From Verrucomicrobiota bacterium (GTDB lineage: Bacteria > Verrucomicrobiota > Verrucomicrobiia > Chthoniobacterales > UBA10450): a DNA stretch of 64,000 bases. The stretch is taken from positions 9,113 through 73,112 of the forward strand of contig JBEEHT010000044.1 in NCBI GenBank assembly GCA_041167545.1, read 5' to 3'. Below the pieces are notes generated by a model, which was given only the letters and a program-made list of their open reading frames with translations, was not told where the DNA came from and did not search any database. A program made the translations under genes and the position numbers. Within the stretch, counting starts at the first letter, position 1. Every line of letters begins with the position of its first letter. Shown here one piece after another: positions 17,301-26,284 of the stretch.

Positions 17301-20300
17301 ATGACAAAATCAATCCTGTTTGCGCTGAGCTGCACCCTCGTGTTTTTGACGTCAGCCTTTGCGGCGAATCCAAGCCAGGGAACGTTGAACCCGGGAAGCA
17401 CCGCGCCGCTATCTTGGAACGGCGACGCCGTCGGCGTGCCCTCGGGCACGGGAGAGTCCGCATGTCAGGATGGTTTTAACTGCGATGTGTTCACGATTCA
17501 TCTGTCTGGCGCCACCTCCGATTACGCCGGCAAACAGCTCGTCGTCAAAATCACCTTCAGCATGGTGAGTGATTACGACATGTATGTGCACAAAGACACG
17601 GTGACAGGGAAGGTGATTTTCCCCGCGGAAAATGGAGGGGTGCCCGGTACCAGCGAACAGGTAGTGATTAACCCCGCCACTTCGGGCGCCGGTGATTATG
17701 TCGTGCACGTCGTCTATTCCACTGTCGCGCCGGCCGATCAATACAAGGGCACCGCCACCATCACGAGCGCGACCGCCCCGACGGCTTCTCCCACGCCGAT
17801 CCGCACCGCCACTTATATTAGCGGCGGGATCACCTTCAGTAATAGTGTGCCGCTCAAGGCGCCGACCACGCTGCGAGACGGAGAGCCGAGCAACCGGACC
17901 GATTTTGCCGGCAATGCTTACGTTGGCGCCATCCGCGGTTTCCCAGCCGGGGTTGATATCTGGCGCTTCGATTTGAATCCGACCAGTTCCTCTTTCGATC
18001 CGAATATGCGGGTCCCGATTTATCGCGGGCAACCCGATGCCTTCAGCCCCGCGGGCAGCGAGGCCGAACTCGGCGGTGACGGTGGAGGCGACATCGATCT
18101 CGCGGTTCCATTCAGTTTGCCGGGAGGACAATCATTTCCCACCCTGGCTTTCAGCAGTTTGATCGCGGCGAATATCTCCACGGGCACTTCAATCGACCGC
18201 GGAATTTCCTTCCAAAAGAATCCCGTCGGTAACGGCACCGGGGGTGTCATCGTGGACGATCGCGAGTGGGAAGAGTTTCTCGGTAACACCACGGTCTACA
18301 TGTGGTACCGAACGCTCCAGCCAGCCGTGACCCAGGTTCAACGCTCGGATGACGGCGGAAAAACTTTTGGACCCGCCGTGACAGCCGGGAACACGACGCA
18401 GGTTGGCCCGATCGATGTTCACCAGGCTACCGGTGTGGTGTACGCCGGGACCAGTCAGGGCACAGTGGCGGTGGGGATTCCGGCTGGCCCGGGGTTGCCG
18501 CCCGCGACCTACACGGTGCAGCAAGCGGCGACCGACCCAAACGGCGTCGCGCATTTGTTCTTCGTCACGAAAGTGGCGGATGACGGAACCCCCAACGGAA
18601 CCGTTTATGTCTGCTATTCAAACGATCACGAGATCCTCCTCAAACATTCGACCAACCAGGGCGCAACCTGGAGCATCCCGGTCCGCGTCAATAGTAACGG
18701 CAACGCCGGTTCGAACGTTTTCCCGTGGATGGAGACGGGGCCGACTCCGGGATCGGTCGGGATAGTTTGGTTCGGAACGCCCGGCGGCAATGACGACAAC
18801 GCGGAGTGGAAAGTTTACTACGCGCAGTCCTTCAATGCGACATCCGCCACCCCAACGTTCCGCATCGCCGAAGTTACGGAACCCGAGCATATCATTCATG
18901 CCGCGAATATTTCCGAAGGCGGACTGACGGGCGCGAACAATCGAAACCTGATCGATTACTTCCAGGTTTCATTCGATCCGCAAGGCGCCGCCGTGATTGC
19001 CTATACTGACGACCACAACGATTACGACGGACATACTTACGTCGCGCGCCAGGTTGGCGGTCCCAGCATCAAGGGCGGGAATTTGCCGCCGGTCACCGAA
19101 GGGACGGCCCTCGTCATTCCGCCGGGAACTTCCAGTATCGATTCGAGCGAGGTGATGCCGCCGCGAGTGCCGGGATTGAATGGCGAGCAGGTCACCGATT
19201 ACGCGCAGGATTTGCAGGAGGGCAACATCCCGCGCATTCACCAGCCGGATGCGTCGGATGTTTTGGCGGCGCGTTACGACACTTCTGGCACCGGAGCCAG
19301 TCTCGCCATCGCCGGCGCGATGCAAGTCTCCAGTCTTGCCACCATTCCAGGGCAAACGACGTGGCAGATGAGTTTCTGCGTGAACGCGCCGCACAATGTC
19401 CTCAGCCCGACCGGCACCTACTCGTTTGCCGCATCGGATCACGCCGATCAATTCTTCCTCGAGGCCGACACGAATGTGAACGGCGGGCAAACCTACAGCT
19501 ATGGGACGGTCGTGCGCGCCAATGACGGCAAGCTGATCTACACGATCGTCGGCGCCGCCGATGCCGGTGCGTTCAACCTTTCGGACAACACGGTTTCCGT
19601 TCAGGTAAGCGTGGCGAAGTTGAACGCGGTTCTATCCGCGGCGAAGCATCCGCTCATTACGAACGGCACCGTCGTCGCAGGTTTGCGCGCGCGATCGTAC
19701 ACGATCGAGGTCGTTCCGCCGGTGAGCGGACAAGGTTCACGGCAGGGACGCCGCGATATCGCGCGCGGCGGCACGCAGTTCATCGTCCGCGATTCAGCGT
19801 TTGCCGCTCCCGCGGCGAGCCCGGAGCCGACACCATACCCGCCGCCATTCGTGGCGCCGGGCGCAACGCCGGTTCCGACACCGCCGCGTCGCCGGCTGGC
19901 GAACATCGCCACGCGAGTCGACGTCCAAGGCGGCCAGAGCGACGGCAACGCCGGCTTCATCAAACGGTTCGCGCCCGCCAAAAAAGTTTTGATCCGGGCC
20001 GTCGGCCCGTCGATCAGCGTCAACGGTCAGCCGCTGGCCGGGACGTTACAGGACCCTGTGCTGACCGTGTTCGATTCCAGCGGGCAAATCGCGACCAACG
20101 ATAACTGGCGGACTGGGACGCAGCAGGCCGAGATCACCGCAAGCGGTCTGGCGCCGATCAATAATAACGAAGCAGCCGTGATCGTAAATCTCACTGGAGC
20201 CGCGGCCCGCACTAATTACACCGCAATTATCAGCGGCAAGAACGGGGCGACCGGGATTGGGTTGATTGAAGTTTACGATCTCGACGCGGAGTCGTTCGCC

Positions 20301-20699
20301 GATCTCGGGAACCTCTCCACCCGCGGACTGGTCGGCACTGGAGGCAGCGTCCTCATTGGCGGGTTGATCGTGCGCGACGATTCATTCACGAACCAGCCGC
20401 AAAATATTTTGCTGCGCGGCATCGGACCGTCGCTGAGTACGGGCGGAGTCGCGAATCCGCTGCAGGATCCGTCCATCACCCTCTTCAACGGCCAGGGCAC
20501 CTCCATCACTTCCAATGATGATTGGGGATCCAGCCCGGATGCCGGGGCGCTAACCACCAGCGGTCTTGCTCCGACGCATCCGAAGGAATCGGCCATTCTT
20601 CGGACGCTCGCGCCGGGTCAATACACCGTGATATTGCAACCGGCGACTGGCAGCGGCGGCATCGGCAGCGTCGAGATTTATAATCTGGGCAATCAATAA
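17301..20699 (+). CDS. paralogous large secreted BNR/sialidase-like protein with an N-terminal PPC-like domain and two C-terminal repeats
   Basis: Internal ATG with the signal peptide 'MTKSILFALSCTLVFLTSAFA'. 'VSDYDMYVHKD'. BNR motifs 'SDDGGKTFG' and 'STNQGATWS'. The ORF-track extension to 17085 overlaps the previous gene and was rejected. Confidence 0.75.
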   Translation: MTKSILFALSCTLVFLTSAFAANPSQGTLNPGSTAPLSWNGDAVGVPSGTGESACQDGFNCDVFTIHLSGATSDYAGKQLVVKITFSMVSDYDMYVHKDTVTGKVIFPAENGGVPGTSEQVVINPATSGAGDYVVHVVYSTVAPADQYKGTATITSATAPTASPTPIRTATYISGGITFSNSVPLKAPTTLRDGEPSNRTDFAGNAYVGAIRGFPAGVDIWRFDLNPTSSSFDPNMRVPIYRGQPDAFSPAGSEAELGGDGGGDIDLAVPFSLPGGQSFPTLAFSSLIAANISTGTSIDRGISFQKNPVGNGTGGVIVDDREWEEFLGNTTVYMWYRTLQPAVTQVQRSDDGGKTFGPAVTAGNTTQVGPIDVHQATGVVYAGTSQGTVAVGIPAGPGLPPATYTVQQAATDPNGVAHLFFVTKVADDGTPNGTVYVCYSNDHEILLKHSTNQGATWSIPVRVNSNGNAGSNVFPWMETGPTPGSVGIVWFGTPGGNDDNAEWKVYYAQSFNATSATPTFRIAEVTEPEHIIHAANISEGGLTGANNRNLIDYFQVSFDPQGAAVIAYTDDHNDYDGHTYVARQVGGPSIKGGNLPPVTEGTALVIPPGTSSIDSSEVMPPRVPGLNGEQVTDYAQDLQEGNIPRIHQPDASDVLAARYDTSGTGASLAIAGAMQVSSLATIPGQTTWQMSFCVNAPHNVLSPTGTYSFAASDHADQFFLEADTNVNGGQTYSYGTVVRANDGKLIYTIVGAADAGAFNLSDNTVSVQVSVAKLNAVLSAAKHPLITNGTVVAGLRARSYTIEVVPPVSGQGSRQGRRDIARGGTQFIVRDSAFAAPAASPEPTPYPPPFVAPGATPVPTPPRRRLANIATRVDVQGGQSDGNAGFIKRFAPAKKVLIRAVGPSISVNGQPLAGTLQDPVLTVFDSSGQIATNDNWRTGTQQAEITASGLAPINNNEAAVIVNLTGAAARTNYTAIISGKNGATGIGLIEVYDLDAESFADLGNLSTRGLVGTGGSVLIGGLIVRDDSFTNQPQNILLRGIGPSLSTGGVANPLQDPSITLFNGQGTSITSNDDWGSSPDAGALTTSGLAPTHPKESAILRTLAPGQYTVILQPATGSGGIGSVEIYNLGNQ
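19895..20696 (+). other. tandem pair of the shared C-terminal module (copies 3a and 3b)
   Basis: 'ANIATRV..KKVLIRAVGPSI..LQDPVLTV..NDNW..SGLAPI..EAAVI..TNYTAII..GIGLIEVYDL', then 'GNLSTRG..LIGGLIV..ILLRGIGPSL..LQDPSITL..NDDW..SGLAPT..ESAIL..APGQYTVIL..GIGSVEIYNL'. Confidence 0.7.
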
Positions 20700-20706
20700 A
20701 TCCGGG

Positions 20707-20741
20707 GCGCCGCGCGGGCCATTTGTCTTCTCGCGCGGCGC
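20707..20741 (+). terminator. GC-rich hairpin immediately after the stop of the giant gene; candidate terminator or attenuator without a U-tract
   Basis: Perfect 10-bp stem GCGCCGCGCG (20707-20716) / CGCGCGGCGC (20732-20741) with a 15-nt loop. No T-run follows. Confidence 0.3.
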
Positions 20742-20757
20742 GGCCTATCGTCGCGGC

Positions 20758-21540
20758 ATGGCCGAAAACGACCAGGTTCTTGACGACATGCAGGAAAACG
20801 ATGACGCGAGTGGCGGCGTCGCGTTTGTCCTTTCTCATCGCCCGCTCGTGACGACGCAAGAGCGCGCTTCTTCGTCCGGCGCGTCCCGCGATTACGAAAA
20901 CCTGGGAGAACTTCCGCGCTCCTACGGCCAGCCGCTTCTTGTCGCCATCGCCCGCGATCCGCACACGCTTTTCGTTTATTGGGATCTCGATTGGCCGTCA
21001 ATTTTTGGAGATCGGCCGCCGTCGGATCGCAAAGTTCATCTGCGCGTCCAGTCGTCTGACGGAACCGAAGAGACACGAGCGGCCGTGGAGCCGTTCGCCG
21101 GAAGTCATTCCGTTGCCGTTTCACGCGCGCGGGCCTCTTACCACGTCGAGCTTGGTTACCACGAACCGGCTGGCGTCTGGAATTCCGTCGCAACCTCCGC
21201 TCCTGTCGCGACGCCGCCCGACGATGTCGCCGCTAGCGGCCCCATCGATGTCGCGACGGTGCCTTTTCATTTGAGCTTCCAGCGTATCGTCGATGCTTTT
21301 CGCGGCTCGCAATATGATGGTGACGCGCTGGTGGAAATTCTCGGCCGCCTCCAGGAAAAAGCCGACGATCCGGACGTAGCCTTGGCGGAGAGCGAGCGCG
21401 AAATCCTGCGCGCGCTCGATCTCAGCTTGTCGGAAACCGACACGCATCATCGCTCCCGTTTGCGAAATGCCGGCGACGCCTTCGCGACCCGGCAGCGGGT
21501 CGAATCGATCCTCGGATTCGGCGCTACCAGCCGGATGTAA
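20758..21540 (+). CDS. DUF4912-like protein
   Basis: 'LLVAIARDPHTLFVYWDLDW' followed by 'VHLRV...' and 'YHVELGYHEPAGVWNSVATS' resembles the DUF4912 signature. Cytoplasmic, no signal peptide. Confidence 0.55.
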   Translation: MAENDQVLDDMQENDDASGGVAFVLSHRPLVTTQERASSSGASRDYENLGELPRSYGQPLLVAIARDPHTLFVYWDLDWPSIFGDRPPSDRKVHLRVQSSDGTEETRAAVEPFAGSHSVAVSRARASYHVELGYHEPAGVWNSVATSAPVATPPDDVAASGPIDVATVPFHLSFQRIVDAFRGSQYDGDALVEILGRLQEKADDPDVALAESEREILRALDLSLSETDTHHRSRLRNAGDAFATRQRVESILGFGATSRM

Positions 21541-21542
21541 AT

Positions 21543-23048
21543 CTACTTGCTCAGCTTTATTCCCTCCGGCATTTCCGGCGGCGGCGCATTGAGGCGGCTG
21601 TGGTTCTTTCCGTAGGCAAAGTAGAAGACGAACCCAATCAGGAGCCACACAATTAATCGCATCCAATTCGTCCATCCGAGGCCGTAGATCATCGCGCCAC
21701 ACACGATGATGCCGAGCGTCGAGACCACTGGCACCATCGGCACCCGGAATCCCCGTTCTAAATCGGGACGTCGCACCCGCAAGATCCAGATGCCGGCGCA
21801 GACGAGAATGAAAGCGAACAGAGTTCCGATGCTGGTCATTTCACCAGTGATGTCCGCCGGAACGAAGGCCGCGATCAGGCCGATGAAGACAAAGAAGAGC
21901 AGGTTCGATTTGTAGGGCGTTCTAAATCGCGGATGCACGTCCGAAAAAATTCTCGGCACCAGGCCGTCGCGACTCATCGAATAGAAGACGCGCGATTGCC
22001 CGAGCAACAGCACCAGGATGACCGATGAGAATCCAGCCAGGATCGCGATCGTCACCGACTTGGAGAGCCACTCGTACCCGTGCATGTATTTGGTGATCGC
22101 GAACGCGACCGACGCTTCCCGGCCGGCCGAGCGAAAATCTCCCACCGTGGCCACGCCGCTCAGAACGTAAGCGAACAAGACATAGAGAACCGTGCAAATC
22201 GCCAGCGAGCCGAGAATCCCAATCGGCATGTCGCGCTTTGGATTTCTCGCTTCCTGCGCGGCGGTCGAGACCGCGTCAAAGCCGATATAGGCAAAGAAGA
22301 CCACGCCGGCTGCGCCGAGAATACCGAGAATTCCCCCGTAAGCGTGCGTAATACCCTGGGGAGTCACATAGGTCGTCGGCGGGGGAATCAACGGCGTGTG
22401 GTTTGCGGGATTAATGAAGCTCCACCCAATTCCAATGAAGAGCAGCACAATGGTTGTCTTCAGGATAACAATCAGGCCATTGACGAAAGCCGATTCCTTC
22501 GTGCCACGGATCAGCAGAAGGGTCAGCACTAGAACGATGAACACCGCGGGGATATTCATAGTTCCGGCCATTCCGTTCAGGTCATGCTCAAAAGGAGAAT
22601 GCGTCCATTGGTAGGGTATCTTCATCCCGAACCATTCGAGCACGCGATTGGCATACTCACTCCAGGCGATGGCAACCGTCGCCGAGGCCACGGCATATTC
22701 GAGAATCAAATCCCATCCGATGATCCACGCTACCAGCTCGCCCATAGTGGCGTACGAATAAGTGTAGGCGCTCCCCGCGAGCGGAATCATGGAGGCGAAT
22801 TCCGCGTAACAGAGACCCGCAAAGGCGCAGCCTAATCCGGCGACCACGAAGGCCAGCACGACAGAAGGACCCGCGCGGTCTGCGATCGCGGCGGCCGTGC
22901 GCACAAAGAGGCCGGCGCCGATGATCGCCCCGATGCCGAGAGCGATGAGATTCACCGGCCCGAGCGAACGCTTCAGACTGTGCTCGCCGACTTCCTGAGC
23001 CTCTGCCATCAGTTTATCGATCGGCTTTCTTGCGAATAAATTGGCCAT
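21543..23048 (-). CDS. APC-superfamily amino acid permease (cationic amino-acid transporter-like)
   Basis: 501 aa, about 12-13 TM segments. 'GPVNLIALGIGAIIGAGLFV' and 'SAYTYSYATMGELVAW' are typical of AA_permease_2. Confidence 0.85.
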   Translation of the reverse strand: MANLFARKPIDKLMAEAQEVGEHSLKRSLGPVNLIALGIGAIIGAGLFVRTAAAIADRAGPSVVLAFVVAGLGCAFAGLCYAEFASMIPLAGSAYTYSYATMGELVAWIIGWDLILEYAVASATVAIAWSEYANRVLEWFGMKIPYQWTHSPFEHDLNGMAGTMNIPAVFIVLVLTLLLIRGTKESAFVNGLIVILKTTIVLLFIGIGWSFINPANHTPLIPPPTTYVTPQGITHAYGGILGILGAAGVVFFAYIGFDAVSTAAQEARNPKRDMPIGILGSLAICTVLYVLFAYVLSGVATVGDFRSAGREASVAFAITKYMHGYEWLSKSVTIAILAGFSSVILVLLLGQSRVFYSMSRDGLVPRIFSDVHPRFRTPYKSNLLFFVFIGLIAAFVPADITGEMTSIGTLFAFILVCAGIWILRVRRPDLERGFRVPMVPVVSTLGIIVCGAMIYGLGWTNWMRLIVWLLIGFVFYFAYGKNHSRLNAPPPEMPEGIKLSK

Positions 23049-23097
23049 GAGGTCGCTTTCTTTTTTTTGAGTTACCTGAGTTGTAGTTTCGGTTTCG

Positions 23098-24609
23098 CTA
23101 ACTGCCTTGGCCGCCTGAAGGCGTGCCCGCGCTTGATTTTCGCCACAGAAAATAAATTGGCACGCCGCTCAGCACGATGATGAGACCCGGCCACGTTGTT
23201 GCCGTCTGATAAATGAACAAGACGCAGAGAATCACGGACGCGCCGACGATGTAAAGCGCCGGCACGATCGGGTAACCGAATGCTTTATACGGGCGCTCAG
23301 CATCGGGGCGTTTTCGGCGCAGCACGAAGATGCCGATGATTGTCAGAATGTAGAAGATGAGCGCGGCGGAGATGACGTAGTCGAGCAGGTTGCCGTAAAG
23401 ATTGCCGTAACCGGTCACGTTGCCGGCCGCGTCTGTCTTGACGGTCCGCGGCAGGACGAGCACGCCGGCCCAAATGCCCTGGATGATGAGACCCCACGCG
23501 GGCACGTGGTTTTTGTTCAGCTCGCCCACCCGGCGAAAGAAGAGACCGTCGCGCGCCATCGCGTAATAGGCACGCGCGCCGGCGAGGATGAGTCCGTTAT
23601 TGCAGCCGAACGTCGAGACCATGATGGCGATCGCCATGATCGTCGCGCCCGTGCCGGGAAAGATGACGTTGGCGGTTTCCGACGCGACGCGGTCGCTCGG
23701 CGCATTCTGGATCGCACTGAACGGGAGTGCGGCCAGATACGCGACGTTGGCGAGAAGATAAAGTCCGATGACCAGGATCGTGCCGAACGCGAGCGAGAGC
23801 GGAATGTTGCGCCGCGGATTGATGACTTCGCCGGCGGTGAAGGTGATGTTATTCCAGGCGTCCGCGGAGAAGAGCGAATTCGTCTGCGCCACGCAAATGC
23901 CGACGAAGAGGCCGAAGGCGGTGGCAGCGGTCAACCCCTGCGCGACATCCTGCAAATCGCCGCGCAGAGTCCACATGTCGCTGAAGTTCGCCGCGCCCGC
24001 ACCGGATCTCAGTCCGACGATGATGCCGAGCAAAATGAGCGCGACCAGTGCGCCGGTCTTCGCCGTCGTGAAAATATTCTGGACGAGCTTGCCGAGCCTC
24101 AATCCACGCGTGTTCATGAACGTCAGCAGCGCGATCATCGCCAGGCCAACGAACTGCGCGGTTGAAAGCGAAAACGCGTAGCCGCCAAACCGAATCGGTT
24201 CGATCAGATAATTCTTTTCCGACACCCAGGGCACGAGCACACCGGTGTAGCGCGCGAACCCGACGGCCACCGCCGCGATCGTGCCGGTCTGGATGACGAG
24301 AAAGAGCGTCCAGCCGTAGAGAAAACCCCAGAGCGGCGAGAAGGCTTCGCGCAGGTAAACATATTGGCCGCCCGCTTTCGGCATCATCGCCGCGAGCTCG
24401 CCGTAGGAGAGCGCCGCCATCAAGGTCAGCAGGCCGGTGACGAGCCAGACAACGAGCAGCCAGCCGGGCGCGCCGACCTGACGGGCGATAATCGACGAGA
24501 CGATGAAAATGCCGGAGCCGATCATCGAGCCGGCGACGAGCATCGTTGAGTCGAGCAATCCCAGTCCGCGAATGAACTTGCCGTTGGTGGGTTCGGATGG
24601 TTGGGACAT
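23098..24609 (-). CDS. APC-superfamily amino acid permease
   Basis: 'LLDSTMLVAGSMIGSGIFIVSS' and 'GGQYVYLREAFSPLWGFLYGW'. Multi-TM. Start taken at the internal ATG 24609 (alternative 24654). Confidence 0.85.
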   Translation of the reverse strand: MSQPSEPTNGKFIRGLGLLDSTMLVAGSMIGSGIFIVSSIIARQVGAPGWLLVVWLVTGLLTLMAALSYGELAAMMPKAGGQYVYLREAFSPLWGFLYGWTLFLVIQTGTIAAVAVGFARYTGVLVPWVSEKNYLIEPIRFGGYAFSLSTAQFVGLAMIALLTFMNTRGLRLGKLVQNIFTTAKTGALVALILLGIIVGLRSGAGAANFSDMWTLRGDLQDVAQGLTAATAFGLFVGICVAQTNSLFSADAWNNITFTAGEVINPRRNIPLSLAFGTILVIGLYLLANVAYLAALPFSAIQNAPSDRVASETANVIFPGTGATIMAIAIMVSTFGCNNGLILAGARAYYAMARDGLFFRRVGELNKNHVPAWGLIIQGIWAGVLVLPRTVKTDAAGNVTGYGNLYGNLLDYVISAALIFYILTIIGIFVLRRKRPDAERPYKAFGYPIVPALYIVGASVILCVLFIYQTATTWPGLIIVLSGVPIYFLWRKSSAGTPSGGQGS

Positions 24610-24753
24610 TCGCTCTTGAGTTCGATCCGTTCGAGATCGCGCCGAGTTAATCATCAGTCCGCTCGGCGTAGCAACCGTTTTCGCTCCGCCGATCCACCTG
24701 TGCTATCCTCCCGCCCCGTGTTTATTCACTTCGCCAGTTCCGCAACGCGAAAA

Positions 24754-25689
24754 ATGCTGGCCGCGCTTTTGGCTGCGACGGTTTTCGCGCTTCCTGCGAT
24801 CGCCGCGCCGGCTTCGCGTCAGCCGCCGGTTGCCGGCGCGCTGCAATACGAAGTGCTCCCGCTGACTCGCTCGGCCCAAAATCATTTGCTGGTGCGCGCC
24901 GAGATCAACGGCAAACCGGCGCTGCTCGGAGTGGATAGCGGCGCTCCCGTCAGCGCGATCGCACTCAACCGGCGCGCCCATTTCGGAATGGCGCCCGCCA
25001 CCGGCAGAGCGGGAATTCCTTCGCGGCTCAGCATCAACGGCGCCTTGAATCCCGTGGCCATCGCGCACAATCTGCGGCTGGGCGCGCTCAATCTCGTGGA
25101 CGAGCCGATGGTGGTCGTGGACCTCGGCGGCATTCGCTCCAGCAAGCGGGATGAGATCGATGGAATCCTTGGTGCTGACATTTTGTTTCCCACGAAAGCG
25201 TTGCTCGATTGCCAGCGGCAGATTCTCATCTTGAAGATAAACCCGAGCGTTCCTGGCAGGATTCCAGGCTTCGATTTCCGCGGATATCGCGGAGTCCCGA
25301 TGCACGTCAGTGAGAGCTATAACCTTTACGTCGACGGTTCCGTGAATGGGCAGAAGGCGAAGCTGATGGTGGATACCGGCGCTTTCGCCACCTTGCTGCA
25401 TTCCCGTTTCGTGCGCCGAATGAAAATCCCGCTGCGCAACACGCCCTTCAGCACGTCCGGCGTAAACTTGAAACAGCGCGGCGTGCAGATCGCCAACATC
25501 TCGCGTTTCTCGATCGGCTCGATGGATATGCGCAATAACGACGTGGGCGTGATCAACCTCGAAGGCTTGATTCACGGCGGACTGCTCGACGCCTCGCCGC
25601 CTGTCGCCGGATTGCTCGGCTCGGAAATTCTACGCCGCTATCACGGCATCATCGATTTCGGAACGAAGACGCTTTACTTGAAGCAGTAA
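24754..25689 (+). CDS. secreted protein with two tandem retropepsin-like aspartic protease domains
   Basis: Signal peptide 'MLAALLAATVFALPAIAAPA'. Two D[ST]G active-site loops, 'LLGVDSGAPVSAI' and 'KLMVDTGAFATLL', are each followed by 'GILGADIL' / 'GLLGSEIL' flap and terminal motifs. Confidence 0.65.
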   Translation: MLAALLAATVFALPAIAAPASRQPPVAGALQYEVLPLTRSAQNHLLVRAEINGKPALLGVDSGAPVSAIALNRRAHFGMAPATGRAGIPSRLSINGALNPVAIAHNLRLGALNLVDEPMVVVDLGGIRSSKRDEIDGILGADILFPTKALLDCQRQILILKINPSVPGRIPGFDFRGYRGVPMHVSESYNLYVDGSVNGQKAKLMVDTGAFATLLHSRFVRRMKIPLRNTPFSTSGVNLKQRGVQIANISRFSIGSMDMRNNDVGVINLEGLIHGGLLDASPPVAGLLGSEILRRYHGIIDFGTKTLYLKQ

Positions 25690-25720
25690 ATTTTCCGAAT
25701 CCCTGTCGCCGCGCGAGAAT

Positions 25721-26173
25721 TTATTCGATGTCGATCTCGCGCACCTTCTTCTGCATGCGCACCGTCTCGACCGCGTTCCGCATCTTATCGGCAAGCCCGA
25801 TATCCTGGGGAATGCCGTCGAGCATGACAACGGGCGACGAAAGATCGGATGTATTCACCTTGATGTTCTCCAAACCCACGATCCGGTAGATAAAGGGTTG
25901 CAGCACTTCGATGTCTTTGACGCGATACAGTTCGAGCGTTTCGGTGACCTTGCTAAAAATGCCCTCCGTCATTTTCAAACGTTCGCTCGTGAGCTCGAAG
26001 ACATGGTTTTTCGTTTGAAGATATCGCGTCAACCCGATGAAGATCGGCACGATGAGCCAGCAAAAGAGAACGCAAAGGATGTAGAGGCCGAGATTCTTTT
26101 TCTGCGAAGAGGTGCCGCGCCAGATCGTTTCTTCCGTCATGAATGAAGTTTTATCAGACTGCTCCAGGATCAC
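25721..26173 (-). CDS. bacterial PH domain (bPH_2/YdbS-like) membrane protein
   Basis: Two TM helices, then 'FELTSERLKMTEGIFSKVTETLELYRVKDIEVLQPFIYRIVGLENI', typical of the bPH_2 family. Confidence 0.6.
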   Translation of the reverse strand: MILEQSDKTSFMTEETIWRGTSSQKKNLGLYILCVLFCWLIVPIFIGLTRYLQTKNHVFELTSERLKMTEGIFSKVTETLELYRVKDIEVLQPFIYRIVGLENIKVNTSDLSSPVVMLDGIPQDIGLADKMRNAVETVRMQKKVREIDIE

Positions 26174-26193
26174 AAGCGTTGTAGGCGCCGCCT

Positions 26194-26284
26194 CTTCTGT
26201 AGCCGCTTCGCTGTGCGAAGCGAGAGACTGGGATTCGCTGGCCTCGGCGCACTCGCGCCGCCCACAGGGCGGCGGCTACAGAAG
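26194..26284 (+). promoter_or_regulatory. nested inverted-repeat element abutting the murU-like start codon
   Basis: A 13-bp perfect inverted repeat, CTTCTGTAGCCGC (26194-26206) / GCGGCTACAGAAG (26272-26284), encloses two hairpins. These are GCTTCGC-tgt-GCGAAGC (26205-26221) and GCCGCCC-aca-GGGCGGC (26257-26273). Confidence 0.35.

Noticed and set aside
26213-26284. An upstream ATG at 26213 as the start of the murU-like gene.
   Set aside because: NTP-transferase homology starts right at 'MITQAFVLGAG' (26285). The 24-aa extension would be encoded by the inverted-repeat element and is Gly/Arg/Leu-rich.
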